Assembly (NCBI GenBank): GCA_020062605.1
Contig: JAGUWA010000058.1
Coordinates: 1-52,434 of the forward strand
Source: Parvibaculum sp.
GTDB lineage: Bacteria > Pseudomonadota > Alphaproteobacteria > Parvibaculales > Parvibaculaceae
Direction of reading: 5' to 3'
Length of the DNA: 52,434 nucleotides
Under the pieces are notes generated by a model. The model ran no database searches. It saw nothing but the letters and a program-made list of their open reading frames with translations, and had not been told where the DNA came from. The position numbers and the translations under genes are program-made. Shown here piece by piece: positions 49,090 to 52,434 of the stretch. Positions within the stretch are counted from its first letter, which is position 1, and every line of letters starts with the position of its first letter.

Positions 49090-50538
49090 ATGGGTGATCG
49101 TATCCGAGGGAGACTTCGAGTGAACCAACGCCGCGTGACACGTCTTCAGATCGGCGCCTTCGGGCTCCCTTCGATTCCGATATCGGCGCTGGGCCTTCCG
49201 ATCGTCGTCTATCTGCCACCCTTCTATTCGCACGACATGGGATTGAGCCTCTCCGTCGTTGGCACGGTGTTCATGCTGGCGCGGTTCTGGGACGTGTTTA
49301 CGGACCCGGTTCTCGGCATGGTGTCCGACCGGTTTCCGAGCCGTTGGGGACGGCGGCGTCACTGGATCGTGCTCTCGGCCCCAATCCTCATCGGCTCCGC
49401 CTATATGCTGTTCATGCCGAGTCCGCCTGTGACGTGGATGTATCTCGCGGGGTGGATGTTCATTCTCTATATCGGCTGGACGCTCATCACCATTTCGCAC
49501 ATGTCGTGGGGTGCGGAGCTCTCCGAAGACTATGACGAACGCTCCACCATCCAGGGAATGCGCGAATTCCTGCTCATCTTCGGCATGTTCACGGTGCTGG
49601 CGCTGCCCGCGATCATCGAACAGGTGTCGGACGCAGCGGCAGCAGGCCCCGCGAAGATCGCCGCGATGGGCTGGTTCATTATCATCCTGCTGCCGATCAC
49701 CATCGGTCTCGCTGTCTGGTTGACGCCGGAATTTCCGAGTAAGGCGCACCAGCAAATTCCGTGGAAGCGGGCATGGGCGATCATCGCGAAGAACCGGCTT
49801 CTGCAGCGCGTGCTGGCGGCCGATCTTCTCGTGAACATCGCGCCGGCGATCACCGGGTCGCTCTACATCTTCTTCGCCTCCTATGTGATGGAGTTGCCGA
49901 AATCGGCGAGCCTTCTTCTTCTCGTCTATTTCATCGCCGGGTTCGTCGGCATTCCGGGCTGGATCCGGCTGAGCCACATGGCGGGCAAGCACAAGACGCT
50001 TGCCATCGCGATGGTCTATGGCGCGGTCACGCTGCCTCTCGTCGTCTTCTTTCCGCGTGGCGAATTCTGGTGGCTCTTCATCGGCAACTCGCTTTACGGC
50101 GTCGCCTATGGCGCAGGCTCCTTCCTGCTCCGTTCGATCATGGCGGACGTCATCGATACGGACTATCTGGAGACCGGCCAGCGGCGCACCGGCCTCTACT
50201 ATTCGCTGCTGAGCATGACGGCCAAAGTGGGCGCCGCGCTTGCCGTCGGCATCACCTACCCTCTTCTCGACCTTATCGAATTTACGCCTGGCGGCGAAAA
50301 CACGCCCGAAACGCTCAACTTGTTCATGGCGATGTATGTGACACTGCCTGCGATCGTCATGCTGGCGGCGGCCATCGTGATGTGGCGCTTCCCGCTCGAC
50401 CGCAAGGCGCAACTCGATCTGCGCCGGAAGATCGAGGAACGCGACGGCGTTCACGCGCCGCACAATGCGAGCGATGCCGCGGCGGCCATCGCGCAGGTGG
50501 GATCGGCCGGCGGCATTGCCGACCAGCCGGCCGATTGA
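49090..50538 (+). CDS. MFS/GPH-family transporter
   Basis: D..TDP.LG..SDR...RWGRRR, ELSEDYDERS, ~12 TM; start may be GTG 49120. Confidence 0.92.
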   Translation: MGDRIRGRLRVNQRRVTRLQIGAFGLPSIPISALGLPIVVYLPPFYSHDMGLSLSVVGTVFMLARFWDVFTDPVLGMVSDRFPSRWGRRRHWIVLSAPILIGSAYMLFMPSPPVTWMYLAGWMFILYIGWTLITISHMSWGAELSEDYDERSTIQGMREFLLIFGMFTVLALPAIIEQVSDAAAAGPAKIAAMGWFIIILLPITIGLAVWLTPEFPSKAHQQIPWKRAWAIIAKNRLLQRVLAADLLVNIAPAITGSLYIFFASYVMELPKSASLLLLVYFIAGFVGIPGWIRLSHMAGKHKTLAIAMVYGAVTLPLVVFFPRGEFWWLFIGNSLYGVAYGAGSFLLRSIMADVIDTDYLETGQRRTGLYYSLLSMTAKVGAALAVGITYPLLDLIEFTPGGENTPETLNLFMAMYVTLPAIVMLAAAIVMWRFPLDRKAQLDLRRKIEERDGVHAPHNASDAAAAIAQVGSAGGIADQPAD

Positions 50539-50550
50539 GGTTCAGTTCCC

Positions 50551-51357
50551 TTGTCCAATGAATCCGGCCGGATCGAAGCGTTGCTCGACATCATGGCGCG
50601 CTTGCGCGATCCGGACGGGGGCTGCCCGTGGGACCTCGAACAGAATTTCGCGAGCATTGCGCCCTACACGATCGAGGAGGACTATGAGGTTGCCGATGCG
50701 ATCGAACGCGGCGACATGGGCGATCTCAAGGACGAACTCGGCGATCTCCTTTTGCAGGTCGTGTTCCACGCGCAGATGGCGAAGGAGGAAGGCCGTTTCG
50801 ACTTTCCGGACGTCGTGCGCGCGATCTGCGAAAAGATGACACGGCGGCATCCGCATGTTTTCGGCGACGAGGAACAACGCAGCGCGGGCGCCGTCAAAGG
50901 ACGCTGGGAAGAGATCAAGGCGGAAGAGAAAGCGGAAAAGGGCAAGACGCCGACAAGCATTCTCGACGATGTGCCACTTGCCCTGCCTGCGCTTGCCCGC
51001 GCCATCAAGCTCCAGAACCGCGCCGCGCGCGTCGGCTTCGACTGGCCGGATACGACACAAGTGATCGACAAGCTCAATGAGGAAATGCTCGAGCTGTCCG
51101 CGGAGGTCGCGAAGGGCGGCGATCCCGACCGGCTCGAGGATGAGATGGGCGACCTTCTCTTCGTCTATGCCAATCTCGCACGGCACATGAAGGTCGACCC
51201 GGAGGCGGCGCTGCGCCGGGCGAATGCGAAGTTCCGCCGTCGCTTCGGCCGCATCGAGGAAAAGCTCGCGGCGGCGGGAAAGCGTCCCGAAGACTCTTCG
51301 CTGGAAGAAATGGATGCGCTGTGGAACGAGGCGAAGGCGGAAGAACGCGAGAGCTAG
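50551..51357 (+). CDS. mazG: Nucleoside triphosphate pyrophosphohydrolase MazG
   Basis: GCPWD, ELGDLLLQVVFH, RRHPHVF, GFDW, EMGDLLF. Confidence 0.96.
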   Translation: MSNESGRIEALLDIMARLRDPDGGCPWDLEQNFASIAPYTIEEDYEVADAIERGDMGDLKDELGDLLLQVVFHAQMAKEEGRFDFPDVVRAICEKMTRRHPHVFGDEEQRSAGAVKGRWEEIKAEEKAEKGKTPTSILDDVPLALPALARAIKLQNRAARVGFDWPDTTQVIDKLNEEMLELSAEVAKGGDPDRLEDEMGDLLFVYANLARHMKVDPEAALRRANAKFRRRFGRIEEKLAAAGKRPEDSSLEEMDALWNEAKAEERES

Positions 51358-52187
51358 ACGCGCCGCCCGGCACGTATCCGTTCCGCCGTTCTCTGCCAGC
51401 TCTCCTCGTCGCGAGCGACGAGATGCGGACCCATGAGCGTTCGCGGCGCGTAGTCCTGCCCTGTCTCGATGTTTCGCACGACGCCGCCCGCTTCGCGCAG
51501 GATCAACGAGCCCGGCGCGTGGTCCCAGGGCAGCATCCGGTGATAGGTGATGAAGTCATGCCGCCCCCGCGCGACATTGGTGTAATCCCAGGCGGAACAG
51601 AGAAGCGATGTCGTGGCGCCAACCCGCGCTGCATGGGCTTCGATACCGGCTTTCCAGTCATCGGGCATGAAGCGGACATAGAAGCTCGCCGTCTGCCCTG
51701 CGGGGTGGTCGGGCGCTGTACCTGCATCGAGACGCATGCGGCCAGAAGCGTCGTGCCAGAAGGCCCCTCCCCCGCGCTCGCTCACGGCAAGCGCATCGAC
51801 CACCGGCAGGTAGATCCATGCGCGGACGGTCTCGCCGCGTTCGATGAGGGAGACCATGAGGCCGAACGCCTCGCGGCCGGCGGCGAAGTTTGCCGTACCG
51901 TCGACGGGATCCACCGTCCAGAGAGGCGTGTCGTCATCGAGGTGAGACAGGAGTGCGGGGTCCGCCGCCGCGGCCTCTTCGCCCAGCACGCGCGAACCGC
52001 GCACCAGCTCTTCGAGCCTTGGCGCGAGCCAGAGTTCCGCTTCGCGGTCGGCGATGGTCACGAGGTCGCCACGGGATTTTTCCTCGACCTCATGTGCGGC
52101 AAGGGCGCGAAAGCGCGGCATCACGATATCGGCCGACGCTTCCTTTATCAGCGCGGCAACTTTACCGGCGAGATCGTCCATGCTCAT
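51354..52187 (-). CDS. Inositol monophosphatase-family protein
   Basis: DLVT.AD..AE, GEE, W.VDPVDGT.NF, PWDHA.G. Confidence 0.93.
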   Translation of the reverse strand: MSMDDLAGKVAALIKEASADIVMPRFRALAAHEVEEKSRGDLVTIADREAELWLAPRLEELVRGSRVLGEEAAAADPALLSHLDDDTPLWTVDPVDGTANFAAGREAFGLMVSLIERGETVRAWIYLPVVDALAVSERGGGAFWHDASGRMRLDAGTAPDHPAGQTASFYVRFMPDDWKAGIEAHAARVGATTSLLCSAWDYTNVARGRHDFITYHRMLPWDHAPGSLILREAGGVVRNIETGQDYAPRTLMGPHLVARDEESWQRTAERIRAGRRV

Positions 52188-52434
52188 TCGGCGGCATCAT
52201 CGGCGGCCGCGTGAACGGCGGCTTCGCCAAGACGTTTCGACAGGTCGGGGAACCGCTTCTCGAAGCGGCCCGTGGCGAGGGGCGAAAGACCGAGATCGAG
52301 ATGAACGATACCGTCGTCGCCGTCCACGCGGCACCGGACGTGTGCGTTCGCATGCAGCCAGGCGATCGCCTCGCCCTCATCCGACGGCACATCGAAGTGA
52401 ACGTGACGCTCTTCATCGACGATGAGGCTGTCGA
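52184..52434 (-). CDS. hflX: 3' end of GTPase HflX (partial)
   Basis: C-terminal pattern DEG.AIAWLH.NA.V..R.D..G; hflX-mazG proximity is common in alphaproteobacteria. Confidence 0.6.
   Translation of the reverse strand, partial: DSLIVDEERHVHFDVPSDEGEAIAWLHANAHVRCRVDGDDGIVHLDLGLSPLATGRFEKRFPDLSKRLGEAAVHAAADDAAE

Noticed and set aside
48247-50463. 738-aa minus-strand ORF (also 23202-24578, 25554-26777, 41558-42922, 46094-47581, 1377-2459)
   Set aside because: Antisense shadows of well-supported genes in GC-rich DNA; no recognisable motifs.

Overview
Alphaproteobacterial chromosome segment (core genes look Parvibaculum/Rhizobiales-like; inference) in which ~43 kb of accessory DNA abuts ~9 kb of higher-GC core genes (fixK-receiver-fixJ-fixL, DUF3775-like, MBL hydrolase, MFS, mazG, inositol monophosphatase, 3' end of hflX). 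The accessory region is layered. (i) 0.8-10.2 kb: a Tn7-like tnsA-tnsB-tnsC-tniQ module surrounded by toxin-antitoxin loci (HipBA, a ParD-like antitoxin with a decayed zeta-like toxin, Xre-RES). (ii) 10.4-38.4 kb: a redox/respiratory stress cargo (cbb3 oxidase ccoNOQP/ccoS, ClC-CBS, ECF sigma, folE, cysJ-cysI-metB, 1-Cys peroxiredoxin, carbonic anhydrase, SOD, ferredoxins, NsrR-type Rrf2, nnrS, gdhA, ohr). (iii) 38.5-43.6 kb: a DUF6634-like gene, a very large atypical tyrosine recombinase and an auxiliary trpS. Three signals are absent from the ORF track. First, a pair of 37-bp palindromic sites (32/37 identical, inverted) brackets the 28-kb cargo, and one copy lies next to the recombinase module. 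Second, five 23-bp NsrR-type boxes, one in front of ccoN, suggest a self-contained regulon that includes a terminal oxidase. Third, a Trp-Trp leader peptide with a full attenuator precedes trpS. No rRNA, tRNA or CRISPR array was seen. All family assignments come from motif recognition, not database searches.
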